DNA from: Acidimicrobiaceae bacterium
GTDB lineage: Bacteria > Actinomycetota > Acidimicrobiia > Acidimicrobiales > RAAP-2
DNA length: 64,000 bases
Reading direction: 5' to 3'
Assembly (NCBI GenBank): GCA_003133405.1
Contig: PKXH01000093.1
Location: forward strand, 5,111-69,110
Shown: in pieces, positions 1 to 9,012 of the stretch
Position numbering within the stretch: position 1 is the first letter of the stretch
Layout: every line of letters begins with the position of its first letter
Notes under the pieces: generated by a model
What the model was told of the DNA's origin: nothing
Seen by the model: only the letters and a program-made list of their open reading frames with translations
The model's database searches: none
Program-made: the position numbers and the translations under genes

Positions 1-1328
1 CGATCGACGCCGAGGGCTATCAACAGCTCGTGCAGTCCTGGGCGCGCTTCTTCGAAGGTGACGTTCGCCAACTTCGGGATCATCTGCAACGCCAGATGGA
101 CGAGGCGTCACAGAAGAAGCACTACGAAGCCGCGGCCAAGGCCCGTGACGGACTGGCCGCGCTCGAGCGCGCCGCGAGCGCCCAGAGCGTTGTGCTCGAC
201 GATCACTCCAACCTCGACGTCATCGCCATTGCCAGCGCGGGCAGTCGCGCGGCGGTGGTGCGATTTCGGGTGCGCTTTGGGCGCATCGTCGGGCGCACCG
301 TGCACTTGGTGGATCGCTCGATGGACGAGGACGACCGCGAGATCCTCGAAAACGCGTTGACCGAGATGTACCTCGACGCGTCGTCGGTGCCCGGGGTGGT
401 GGTGGTCCAGCGCCAATCGTTGGCGACGGCCCTCGTGGTGGCGTACCTCGGTGACGTGCGCGGCAAGGCCGTCCAAGTGCTCGCCGCCCAGCGGGGCAAG
501 CGCCGGCGCGCCGTGGAACTCGCCACCCACGACGCCGAGGCGGTGATCAATCGAGACTCGCTTCGCCGACAGGCCGATCACAACGTGCGCTCGCGGGCGC
601 TCCAAGAACTCGGCGCCGCACTTTCCTTGGAGCAACCGCCCTATCGCGTCGAATGTTTCGACATGAGCCACTTGCAGGGCACGAACTACGTCGGTTCCCT
701 GGTGGTTTTCGAAGACGCCCTGCCGGTAAAGAGTGACTACCGACACTTCAACGTGAAAGAGGTACTCGGCAACGACGACGTGGGCGCCATGGAAGAGGTC
801 GTTCGCCGGCGCCTCTCGCACTGGGAGGAGCATCAGGGCACCTCGAAGTTTCGCCACCCCGACCTCATCATCATCGACGGGGGATTGCCGCAGTTGCACG
901 CGGCCGAGAAGGCCGCCCGCTCGCTCGAACTGAGCGGACTCGTGGAGTTCGCGGCCTTGGCTAAACGTGAAGAGCTGCTCTTTCGTCCTGGCAGTTCGTC
1001 GCCCATCGCGCTCGAACGGGGTTCGGAGAGTCTCTACTTGGTGCAACGAATTCGTGACGAGGCTCATCGCTTCGCGATCACGTTTCACCGATCCAAACGT
1101 GGCCGGTCGATGGTCAGCTCGTCGCTCGAGGGCGTCGAAGGGCTCGGTCCCGCGCGGCGTGATCGACTGCTCGAGCGTTTCGGATCATTGAACGCGCTTC
1201 GCCAAGCCACCTTCGATGAGCTCGACGCCCTGGCGTGGCTGCCCAGTGACGTCGCCAAGAGGCTCTACGATCATTTGCAGGCGCCGTCGACTCCGCGGCC
1301 CACGAAGGCAGGTGTGAGCGATGAGTGA
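1..1328 (+). CDS. uvrC: Excinuclease ABC subunit C, C-terminal part (5' end outside window)
   Basis: ORF 30..1328 stays open to the window start. UvrC endonuclease region (DEAHRFAITFHRSKR) and C-terminal HhH (LEGVEGLGPARRDRLLERFGS). Conserved uvrC-rapZ context with an 8-nt overlap with the next gene. Confidence 0.9.
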   Translation, partial: IDAEGYQQLVQSWARFFEGDVRQLRDHLQRQMDEASQKKHYEAAAKARDGLAALERAASAQSVVLDDHSNLDVIAIASAGSRAAVVRFRVRFGRIVGRTVHLVDRSMDEDDREILENALTEMYLDASSVPGVVVVQRQSLATALVVAYLGDVRGKAVQVLAAQRGKRRRAVELATHDAEAVINRDSLRRQADHNVRSRALQELGAALSLEQPPYRVECFDMSHLQGTNYVGSLVVFEDALPVKSDYRHFNVKEVLGNDDVGAMEEVVRRRLSHWEEHQGTSKFRHPDLIIIDGGLPQLHAAEKAARSLELSGLVEFAALAKREELLFRPGSSSPIALERGSESLYLVQRIRDEAHRFAITFHRSKRGRSMVSSSLEGVEGLGPARRDRLLERFGSLNALRQATFDELDALAWLPSDVAKRLYDHLQAPSTPRPTKAGVSDE

Positions 1329-2166
1329 GGTGGTGCTGGTGACGGGCATGTCGGGCGCCGGGCGCTCGACGGTCTCGGCCGCGCTCGAGGACTTGGGCTG
1401 GTTCGTCATCGACAATCTGCCCTTGGAACTGGTCGTTCGCGTGGGCGAACTGACCTCGGCGAGCGCGAACGACTACCCGGGCGTCGCCTTTATCGTCGGA
1501 CGATCCGGCGGTGTCTCGCCCGACGCCTTGTTGGCCGTGGAACGAGAGCTCCAGCAACGCCACCAGAGCGTCAAGATTCTCTTTCTGGACGCGCCCGACG
1601 AGGTGCTCATTCTCCGCTTCGAGGGGAACCGGCGCCGCCACCCCTTCACCGGCGCGACGCTGGCCGACTCGATCGCTGGCGAGCGGGCGCGCCTGGCGCC
1701 CATTCGCGACGCCGCCAATCTCGTGATCGATACCGGCTCGATCAACGCCAACCAACTGCGTCGTCGCATCGCCGAGACTTTCGCCGACTCGAGTTCGACC
1801 GAGTCGCTACGGGTGTCGCTCGTCTCCTTCGGCTACACCTACGGCATTCCCCGCGACGTGGACCTGGTCTTTGACTGCCGGTTCCTGCCCAACCCCCACT
1901 GGATCGACGAGCTGCGACCCTTGACGGGTCTCGACGAGAAGGTGTCGAGCTACGTGCTCGATCAAGAGCCCGCCCAGCACTTCTTACACGACGTGGTCGC
2001 GTTGCTGGAGTGGCAGATTCCCGCCTTCGCCCAGGAGGGCAAGTCGTACTTGTCGATCGCGATCGGCTGCACGGGTGGGCGTCACCGCAGCGTCGCCATC
2101 GCCGAGGAGATTCGACGGCGTCTGGGCATTGAACCCGCCGTGTTTCACCGCGATATCGCCCGATGA
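1321..2166 (+). CDS. rapZ: RNase adapter / nucleotide-binding protein RapZ (YvcJ family)
   Basis: N-terminal Walker A VLVTGMSGAGRST. About 281 aa, sits between uvrC and yvcK. C-terminal GCTGGRHRSV motif. Confidence 0.9.
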   Translation: MSEVVLVTGMSGAGRSTVSAALEDLGWFVIDNLPLELVVRVGELTSASANDYPGVAFIVGRSGGVSPDALLAVERELQQRHQSVKILFLDAPDEVLILRFEGNRRRHPFTGATLADSIAGERARLAPIRDAANLVIDTGSINANQLRRRIAETFADSSSTESLRVSLVSFGYTYGIPRDVDLVFDCRFLPNPHWIDELRPLTGLDEKVSSYVLDQEPAQHFLHDVVALLEWQIPAFAQEGKSYLSIAIGCTGGRHRSVAIAEEIRRRLGIEPAVFHRDIAR

Positions 2167-3023
2167 AGGTCGTCGCGGTCGGCGGGGGCCACGGCACGGC
2201 GGTGTCGTTGCGCGCGCTCAAGCGACTCTCCTCGGACGTGACCGGCGTGGTGTCGGTGGCCGACGACGGGGGCTCGAGCGGGCGGCTGCGCGCGATGTTG
2301 AACGTGGCGGCCGTGGGGGACCTGCGTAAGTGTCTCGTGGCGCTGGCCGACCCCGACAATCCGCTGACGGCGTCGTTCGAGCATCGCTTCAGCGTCGGTG
2401 AACTGGCCGGACACGCCGTGGGCAACCTCTTGCTCGTGGGCCTTCTCGACGCTACGGGCGACCTCGAGGAGTCGGTTCGCGCCGTGGCCCAAGTGATGGG
2501 CGTCACGGGCACCATTGTGCCGGCGAGCTGTGAGGGCGTGGTCCTGCTGGCCACGACCGAAGAGGGCCCCACCCGCGGTCAAAGCCAGGTGGCGCGCTCG
2601 TCGTCGATCCGTCGGATCAGTCTCGAGCCGGCGCACCCGGCGGCGCCGATCGTGGCCGTGGAGACTATCGAACGCGCCGACGTGGTACTGATTGGCCCGG
2701 GCTCGCTCTTCACCAGTGTGCTGGCCGCCTGCGTGGTCCCTGGTATCACCCAGGCATTGGCCGGCACGAAGGCGACGAAGGTCTACGTCGCCAACCTGCG
2801 CGCCCAGTTACCCGAAACCGAGGGCTTCACGCTCCAAGACCACGTCGACGCCCTCGAGCGCCACGGCGTCGTGGCCGACCTGGTCATGCTCGACCCGACC
2901 TCGACCTTTGGGAGCGACGCGTGCACGTGGGCGACGCGGGTGGTGGACTTAGCGGCCGCCAATGGCCTCGTGCACGATGTGCAAAAATTGTCACGGGCCG
3001 TGCTCGACGAAGTGCGAAGATAG
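2163..3023 (+). CDS. yvcK: YvcK/CofD-family gluconeogenesis-factor-like protein
   Basis: MKVVAVGGGHGTAVSLRALK N-terminus typical of the YvcK/CofD family. ATGA overlap with rapZ. Confidence 0.8.
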   Translation: MKVVAVGGGHGTAVSLRALKRLSSDVTGVVSVADDGGSSGRLRAMLNVAAVGDLRKCLVALADPDNPLTASFEHRFSVGELAGHAVGNLLLVGLLDATGDLEESVRAVAQVMGVTGTIVPASCEGVVLLATTEEGPTRGQSQVARSSSIRRISLEPAHPAAPIVAVETIERADVVLIGPGSLFTSVLAACVVPGITQALAGTKATKVYVANLRAQLPETEGFTLQDHVDALERHGVVADLVMLDPTSTFGSDACTWATRVVDLAAANGLVHDVQKLSRAVLDEVRR

Positions 3024-3049
3024 TAAACCGACCAATGAAGGAGAGGCCA

Positions 3050-4057
3050 GTGGCGACACGGGTAGGCATCAATGGTTTTGGGCGCATCGGACGGAATTTC
3101 CTGCGCGCGTCGCTCGGTAACGCCGACGTCGAGATCGTCGCGGTGAACGACCTGGTCTCACCCGAAATCAACGCCCATCTGTTGAAGTACGACTCGACCC
3201 ACGGCCGACTGGGCACGTCGGTCAGCGTGACGCCCGAGGGGATCTGTGTCGGCGAGCACACGATCCAGGTCTTCGCCGAGCGCAATCCCAGTGACCTGCC
3301 CTGGGCCGACCTCGGCGTGGACGTCGTGATTGAGTCGACCGGGCACTTCACGATTCGTGAGGCTGCGGCCCAACACCTCAGCGCCGGCGCGAAGCGCGTC
3401 ATCATCTCGGCGCCCTCCTCGGACGCGGACGCGGTGTTCGTGGTGGGCGTGAACGAGGACACCTACGATCCGTCGACCGACTTCGTCGTGAGCAACGCGT
3501 CGTGCACGACGAACTGCTTCGTGCCCATGGTGAAGGTGCTCGACGACGCCTTGGGCGTCGACGTCGGACTGATGACCACGGTGCACGCCTACACCAATGA
3601 CCAGAATCTCTTGGACCTCGCGCACGGGGATCGACGCCGGGCGCGCGCGGCCGCGATTAACATCGTGCCCTCCACGACCGGCGCGGCGCGCGCGACGAGC
3701 CTGGTCTTGGCTTCGATGAAGGGCCGTCTCGACGGGACGTCACTGCGCGTGCCCGTGCCCGACGGCAGCATCACCGATTTCACCGCCATCGTTCGCGCTA
3801 CCACTGTCGAAGAGATCAACGCCGCCTTTGAGGCCGCGGCGGCCGGGCGCTTGAAGGGCATCCTCGTCTACACCGAGGATCCGATTGTCTCTTCGGACAT
3901 CGTGGGCAGCTCGGCGTCGTGTACCTTCGACTCCCTGATGACGATGGTCCAACCCATCGATGACGAAAAGAGCTTGGTGAAGATCTTTGGCTGGTACGAC
4001 AACGAGTGGGGCTACTCGAGTCGCCTGGTGGACCTGACGCTTCACATCGGCCGGTAG
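3050..4057 (+). CDS. gap: Glyceraldehyde-3-phosphate dehydrogenase (type I)
   Basis: INGFGRIGRNF NAD-binding motif and SNASCTTNC active site. GTG at 3050 is preceded by AAGGAG at 3038-3047. The ORF-track start at 2921 overlaps yvcK and is likely too far upstream. Confidence 0.93.
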   Translation: MATRVGINGFGRIGRNFLRASLGNADVEIVAVNDLVSPEINAHLLKYDSTHGRLGTSVSVTPEGICVGEHTIQVFAERNPSDLPWADLGVDVVIESTGHFTIREAAAQHLSAGAKRVIISAPSSDADAVFVVGVNEDTYDPSTDFVVSNASCTTNCFVPMVKVLDDALGVDVGLMTTVHAYTNDQNLLDLAHGDRRRARAAAINIVPSTTGAARATSLVLASMKGRLDGTSLRVPVPDGSITDFTAIVRATTVEEINAAFEAAAAGRLKGILVYTEDPIVSSDIVGSSASCTFDSLMTMVQPIDDEKSLVKIFGWYDNEWGYSSRLVDLTLHIGR

Positions 4058-4061
4058 TTCG

Positions 4062-5201
4062 GTGCCCTCGACCCTGCCCTCGATCGATCGATGGGGGAGC
4101 CTCGAGGGCAAAAGGGTGTTGGTGCGCGTCGACTTCAACGCGCCGGTCGCCGAGGTGGACGGTGTGCTTCGCGTGACCGACGATTTTCGACTGCGTTCGG
4201 CGCTGCCGCTCTTTGACGATCTCGCGGCGCGCGGCGCATCGGTGACGGCGTGCACGCACTTCGGTCGACCGAACGGCAAAGTCGATGAGCGTTTTCGCGT
4301 TGAGCCGCTTCGACGACGGCTTCACGAACTCCGTCCCCAGATCACGTTGATGGAGAACCTCCGGTTCTCCCCCGGTGAGGAGGCCAACGATCCAGTCTTT
4401 GGCGCGTCGCTGATCGCGGGCTTTGATTACTTCGTCAATGAGGCCTTTGGCGCGTCGCACCGCGCGCACGCCTCGATCATGATTCCCCCGACGCTGGTGC
4501 CCAGCGCGGCGGGCCCCAATCTCCAACGCGAAGTCGCCACCTTGCTCTCCTTGCTCGAGTCACCGTCGCGGCCCTTCGTCGCCGTGGTCGGCGGGGCCAA
4601 GGTGAAAGACAAGTTAGGCGTGATGAAGGTCCTCGTGGTCAAGGCCGACGCCGTGCTCGTCGGTGGCGGGATGGCCTACACCTTCGCCGCGGCGGAGGGC
4701 CGCTGCATCGGCGGATCACTCTTTGACGCGTCGCACGTTCAAGAGTGCGTGGCGCTCCTCGAGACCGGTACGGTCCTGATTCCTGTGGACGCGCGCGGAC
4801 TGAAGGTGGGCGCGCCCTTTGGGCCCGACGGGGGACCCGATGAAGCTCTCGTATTCGGAGAGGACATCGACGAGGGCTTCGTGGGACTTGACATCGGACC
4901 GCTCACCAGTGAATTCTTCGCCGCGGCCATCGCGGGGGCGCGCACAGTCCTGTGGAACGGACCGATGGGCGTCTTTGAAGATCCCCGCTTCAACGCGGGC
5001 ACCGAGGCCGTCGCCCGGGCCGTTGTCGCGTCGTCCGCAATCAGCGTGGTGGGCGGTGGCGATTCGGTCGCGGCGCTCAACTCCTACGGACTCCAAGACG
5101 AGGTGAGCTTCGTGTCCACCGGCGGGGGCGCGTCGTTAGAGCTCGTGGAGCTCGGTGACCTGCCCGGTCTTCGGGCCCTGCGCGAAAGTCCTTGGAACTA
5201 G
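4062..5201 (+). CDS. pgk: Phosphoglycerate kinase
   Basis: KRVLVRVDFNAP motif, about 379 aa, gap-pgk-tpiA operon order. Confidence 0.93.
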   Translation: MPSTLPSIDRWGSLEGKRVLVRVDFNAPVAEVDGVLRVTDDFRLRSALPLFDDLAARGASVTACTHFGRPNGKVDERFRVEPLRRRLHELRPQITLMENLRFSPGEEANDPVFGASLIAGFDYFVNEAFGASHRAHASIMIPPTLVPSAAGPNLQREVATLLSLLESPSRPFVAVVGGAKVKDKLGVMKVLVVKADAVLVGGGMAYTFAAAEGRCIGGSLFDASHVQECVALLETGTVLIPVDARGLKVGAPFGPDGGPDEALVFGEDIDEGFVGLDIGPLTSEFFAAAIAGARTVLWNGPMGVFEDPRFNAGTEAVARAVVASSAISVVGGGDSVAALNSYGLQDEVSFVSTGGGASLELVELGDLPGLRALRESPWN

Positions 5202-5984
5202 GTGTCCGCGCGCCGCCCCCTCGTCATCGGTAACTGGAAGATGAATCTCGACTTCGTCGAGGGACTGCACCTCGTCCAGCAGCTCGGCGTGTTGATGAAG
5301 AATCGCCCCGTCGAACACGTCGACGTCGTCGTGGCGGCGCCCTTCGTCGATCTGCGCAGCGTCAGCTCGATCGTTGAGTCCGAGCGCTTCGCGATCGCTC
5401 TTGGCGCTCAGCACGTCAACGCTCACGAGAACGGCCCCCACACCGGAGAGATCAGCACCTCAATGCTAAAGCGGCTCAATGTCGAGTGGGTGATCGTTGG
5501 ACACTCTGAGCGGCGAATGCACTACGCGATGAGCGAGGAGATCGTGCGCGAAACCCTCGCCGCCGTGGTTCGCGCCGGCCAGCACGCCGTTCTCTGCGTG
5601 GGCGAGGAACTCTCGATCCGTGAGAATGCGACGTACCACGAGCACGTCACTGCGCAACTGACGAGCGCCTTGCACGGACTCGAGGAGAGGTTTCACGATC
5701 TCGTGACGGTGGCCTACGAGCCGCTATGGGCTATTGGCACCGGAGTGAACGCGACGTCGGACCAGGTGCGCGAGATGACGACGTTCCTGCGCGCAGAACT
5801 TCACGAGCGGTCCTTCACGTCGGCGAAGGTGATCTACGGGGGTTCTGTGAACTCCGACAACGCCGCGTCGTTGATCGCTGAGAGTGACATCGACGGTTTC
5901 CTCGTCGGAGGGGCGAGCCTGAAGGCGGAGTCGTTTTACGCGATTCTTCGAGCCTGCGACGACTGCTACGCTGTAAAGCGCTAA
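5202..5984 (+). CDS. tpiA: Triose-phosphate isomerase
   Basis: GNWKMN, VIVGHSERR and AYEPLWAIGTG motifs. Confidence 0.93.
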   Translation: MSARRPLVIGNWKMNLDFVEGLHLVQQLGVLMKNRPVEHVDVVVAAPFVDLRSVSSIVESERFAIALGAQHVNAHENGPHTGEISTSMLKRLNVEWVIVGHSERRMHYAMSEEIVRETLAAVVRAGQHAVLCVGEELSIRENATYHEHVTAQLTSALHGLEERFHDLVTVAYEPLWAIGTGVNATSDQVREMTTFLRAELHERSFTSAKVIYGGSVNSDNAASLIAESDIDGFLVGGASLKAESFYAILRACDDCYAVKR

Positions 5985-5996
5985 TCGGAGGACCCA

Positions 5997-6227
5997 ATGT
6001 TTACCTGGGCAATCATCGCAATTGAGGCCGTCGCCGCCGTGGGGCTGGTTTTTCTCGTGCTGTTGCACTCGGGTCGCGGCGGGGGAATCTCGGACCTTAT
6101 GGGTGGCTCGATGGGTGCCGCCGCGACGGGCTCGACCGTGGTGGAGCGCAACTTGGACCGCATCACGATCGCGGTGGCGTTGGTGTTCACCTTCGCCACG
6201 TTGACGCTCGACCTGCGCTTACAGTAA
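5997..6227 (+). CDS. secG: Preprotein translocase subunit SecG
   Basis: 76 aa with two hydrophobic helices and a glycine-rich loop (HSGRGGGISD). Conserved position after tpiA. Confidence 0.85.
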   Translation: MFTWAIIAIEAVAAVGLVFLVLLHSGRGGGISDLMGGSMGAAATGSTVVERNLDRITIAVALVFTFATLTLDLRLQ

Positions 6228-6232
6228 CGGCG

Positions 6233-7891
6233 ATGATCTCGCGTCGAGGCGGGCGCGCACTGGCACTCTCGTTCCTCTGTCTGGCGGCGGTCGCGCTGCC
6301 TGTCGCGCTCACCGGGGCCGCCACGGTGACGAACGCCAATGAGAACGCGCGCACGCTGACGTTGTCCGTGCCCGGACCCTTTAACGGTTGCTCGTATTTA
6401 GACTCCGGCGCCACGCCGACCACCGACGCGATCCTCGACCTCGTTCGGCCCTCGGCCTTTGTCACGAGCGCCAACAACACGTTGGCCGGCGAGAGCGGCG
6501 CGATCGCCTCGGCGGAGCTGATCTCGCTCCAGCCAGAGACGGTGATCTACACCATCGCCGCGGACCAGTCGTGGAGTAACGGTGTGCCCTTTCTGGGCAG
6601 TGACCTGGTGGGCTGGTGGCAGCGCGCCCGATCGCTCTCGAGTGCCGTGAGCGACGGGTACCGCGCGATCAAGACCCTCACCGTCTCGCCCGACGGACTG
6701 GTGGTCACCGCCGTCTTCGCGACGCCCTACGCCGACTGGAATCTGCTCTTTCGTGACGTCGAGGCGATCGGCACGCGCAAAGGATGCGCCATTCGCAATC
6801 TGGTGACGCGGCCCTCGCTCGGGCCGTACCGCGTCACCCGGGCCACGACCACTCGCGTCGTCTTGGCCATGAACACGAATTGGCCCCTCGACACCAACCG
6901 TTTTGGCCGAATCGTCATCACCGATTCCCCGTTATTCCCGAAGTCGGCGTCGACTGTCTTTGCGAGTTACTCCCTCGCGTTGAACCGGGGACAGATCGAA
7001 CTACTCAGCACCCATCCCACGCTGCTCAGTCACATCTTCTCTTCGAGCAACGTCGAGGAGTTGACCTTCGCCCCTTCGCGTCCCTTCACCCAGCGCGTCG
7101 TGGTGCGCAAGGCGCTTAGCTGGTCGATCGATCGCCAACTCTTGATCGACAAGCTCTTTGGCGCGGTGACCTTTTCTCCCTCCGTGGCCGCTTCGGTGAT
7201 CTACTCCCAGGGCCAGGCTCAGTATCCCGGGACCGTCGGCGCCGGACCCGGCGGTCAGACGACGACCACTTCGTCACCGGGCTCATCGTCTAACGGACTA
7301 AGTGACTGTCTCACGTGTGCTCTCGAGCTTTTGAAAGAGTCCGGATACCACCGGACCGTCGCGGGTTGGCTGAACGACGTGGGCCAGCTTCTCTCGATCC
7401 GACTCGGTGAGGGCCCGAGTGCCCTCGACCATTCGGTCGCGACATTCATTGAGGGTGACTGGAAGAAGTTGGGCGTTTCGACGGTACTCATCGAGGAGTC
7501 GAGTGACGCCGCGGCCGCCCGAGGCGCCGCGACCAACCAAGTCGACGTGGCGGTCTTGTCGCGTCCTACGTCAACGACGCCTTCATTCGCGGCACGCTCG
7601 TGGGCCGGCCCCGCCTATCCCAATACGTACCTCAGCGGCGTGAGAACAACCGCGCTGGCGACGCTCTTCACCCAAGCAACGGCCATCTTTAATCCCGTTA
7701 CGGCGTCGGCCACGTGGTTGCGCTTCGATCAGATCATCATGCGCAACTACTGGGCTCGACCGCTTTTTACGGCGCCTTCTATTGTGGTCTGGTCGAGTTC
7801 ACTTGTCACAGTACAGAACAGTCTCTCGGTCGCGGGTCTTGTTGATCAAGTACCAACTTGGTCAATTGCGCCACCTTTAACGCCGACTTAG
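6233..7891 (+). CDS. Secreted family-5-like solute-binding protein (no partner permease or ATPase genes nearby)
   Basis: 552 aa with an N-terminal signal-like segment (LALSFLCLAAVALPVALTGAA). Overall resemblance to peptide/nickel SBPs is by eye only. Confidence 0.5.
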   Translation: MISRRGGRALALSFLCLAAVALPVALTGAATVTNANENARTLTLSVPGPFNGCSYLDSGATPTTDAILDLVRPSAFVTSANNTLAGESGAIASAELISLQPETVIYTIAADQSWSNGVPFLGSDLVGWWQRARSLSSAVSDGYRAIKTLTVSPDGLVVTAVFATPYADWNLLFRDVEAIGTRKGCAIRNLVTRPSLGPYRVTRATTTRVVLAMNTNWPLDTNRFGRIVITDSPLFPKSASTVFASYSLALNRGQIELLSTHPTLLSHIFSSSNVEELTFAPSRPFTQRVVVRKALSWSIDRQLLIDKLFGAVTFSPSVAASVIYSQGQAQYPGTVGAGPGGQTTTTSSPGSSSNGLSDCLTCALELLKESGYHRTVAGWLNDVGQLLSIRLGEGPSALDHSVATFIEGDWKKLGVSTVLIEESSDAAAARGAATNQVDVAVLSRPTSTTPSFAARSWAGPAYPNTYLSGVRTTALATLFTQATAIFNPVTASATWLRFDQIIMRNYWARPLFTAPSIVVWSSSLVTVQNSLSVAGLVDQVPTWSIAPPLTPT

Positions 7892-7931
7892 CGACGAACG
7901 AGAATCTCACTCCGGCTAGAGTAGAGGCCGC

Positions 7932-8015
7932 GTCGGAGTGGCGGAATAGGCAGACGCGCCAGCTTGAGGGGCTGGTGCCCTTAGGGGCGTGTGGGTTCAA
8001 GTCCCGTCTCCGACA
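7932..8015 (+). tRNA. tRNA-Leu: tRNA-Leu, anticodon GAG, type II (long variable arm), no encoded CCA
   Basis: Acceptor GTCGGAG / CTCCGAC plus discriminator A. Anticodon arm CCAGC-TTGAGGG-GCTGG. 15-nt variable arm TGCCCTTAGGGGCGT. T arm GTGGG-TTCAAGT-CCCGT. Aligns column by column with E. coli tRNA-Leu architecture. The gene is followed by CTG, not CCA. Confidence 0.88.
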
Positions 8016-8368
8016 CTGGTAACTATGCTCAGTGCCCTTTCATCCAGAACTTTCTTCAAGCGGCAGTCATATTGGGCATCACCCAACGGTCCCCGTCTGG
8101 CCTTGGAGGGTCACTTGATTCGTCTGCCGACACCTCAACTTGGATCGAGATTTGGGGACTCGTCGACCAGTGGTCGGTCAAATTGGCCTTGGGCTGAAAG
8201 ATCGTACCGAAGCCCAGCAAAGCCGGACCAAGAACCTTCAAAACGATTTTGAAGACGGACGAAGTGTTCATGCCTAGATTCTAAGAGTCCATAAATTGAA
8301 TCCGTTCAGTTGGGTCGGTCTGCAATGTGGGGCGACTCCAGTTGGATCAGACTTTGAGACAGTCAAGT

Positions 8369-8413
8369 AGCCAGTGGAGGGTTGCATTCTTTGCACGTTG
8401 GACCTTCAACGCC
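8369..8413 (+). repeat. Degenerate copy of the array repeat (R0b)
   Basis: AGCCAGTGGAGGGTTGCATTCTTTGCACGTTGGACCTTCAACGCC matches the consensus CCAGTG...GGTTGCA...GC.CGT.GG blocks. Lies 23 nt upstream of R1. Confidence 0.4.
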
Positions 8414-8435
8414 GATCACGATGCAATTATGCTTA

Positions 8436-8481
8436 GCCGCCAGTGCAAGGTTGCAGATCTGTTGCGTCGGGTCTGCGACAC
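8436..8481 (+). repeat. Array repeat R1 (~48-nt tRNA-Leu-3'-end-like unit)
   Basis: GCCGCCAGTGCAAGGTTGCAGATCTGTTGCGTCGGGTCTGCGACAC. Confidence 0.85.
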
Positions 8482-8581
8482 GAGGCTGTTTTAACTCCGC
8501 TGAGCCACATCGTTGGCCGGCATTATTCGCCATCGCTCCCTTGTTGCCGCCAGGGTCGGGAAGTAAAGTAGTAAAGGCGAT

Positions 8582-8812
8582 ATGAACAATAGCGTTGATG
8601 AACTCATCCTTGATCTGCTTGAGTGGCTTGGACCAAAGCCTCGCCCATACTCTGAGGTTCTCGACGCGTGGCGAACGTCATGCCCGCGTCTTCCAGTCTG
8701 GGAAGAAGCGAACGATCGAGGATTCATCGAGCGGCAATTCTTGATTGGGCAGGGATCGCTTATTACCGTCTCCGCCATGGGACTCAAGCACTTGAATGAG
8801 AGCCGTCCATAG
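8582..8812 (+). CDS. Hypothetical small protein (76 aa), cassette cargo
   Basis: Only sizeable ORF between R1 and R2. Same orientation as the repeats. ATG start. Confidence 0.45.
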   Translation: MNNSVDELILDLLEWLGPKPRPYSEVLDAWRTSCPRLPVWEEANDRGFIERQFLIGQGSLITVSAMGLKHLNESRP

Positions 8813-8890
8813 CTACTGGCTCCATCTAGATACTGTTTGAACATCAAAGGTGAGCAAGTGATTCTCAGTTGAGGTAGTCAATCCACCATT

Positions 8891-8935
8891 CTCCAGTGCG
8901 AGGTTGAATTTCTGTGGCGTCGCGTCTCCGACACC
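8891..8935 (+). repeat. Array repeat R2
   Basis: CTCCAGTGCGAGGTTGAATTTCTGTGGCGTCGCGTCTCCGACACC, preceded by the T-arm-like GGTAGTCAATCCACC (8873-8887). Confidence 0.8.
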
Positions 8936-9012
8936 GGTCCGTGTTAACCTGAGCCGCCTACGGCCCCTTGCAAGTTGAGTGCAGCTGTGCCGCCTATTGA
9001 GGGGCAGACGCT

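Noticed and set aside
8298-8312. Shared 12-mer TTCAGTTGGGTC at about 8303 and about 15611 as a second repeat family
   Set aside because: A single 12-nt match between two sites is expected by chance many times in a 64-kb window. The flanks do not align.
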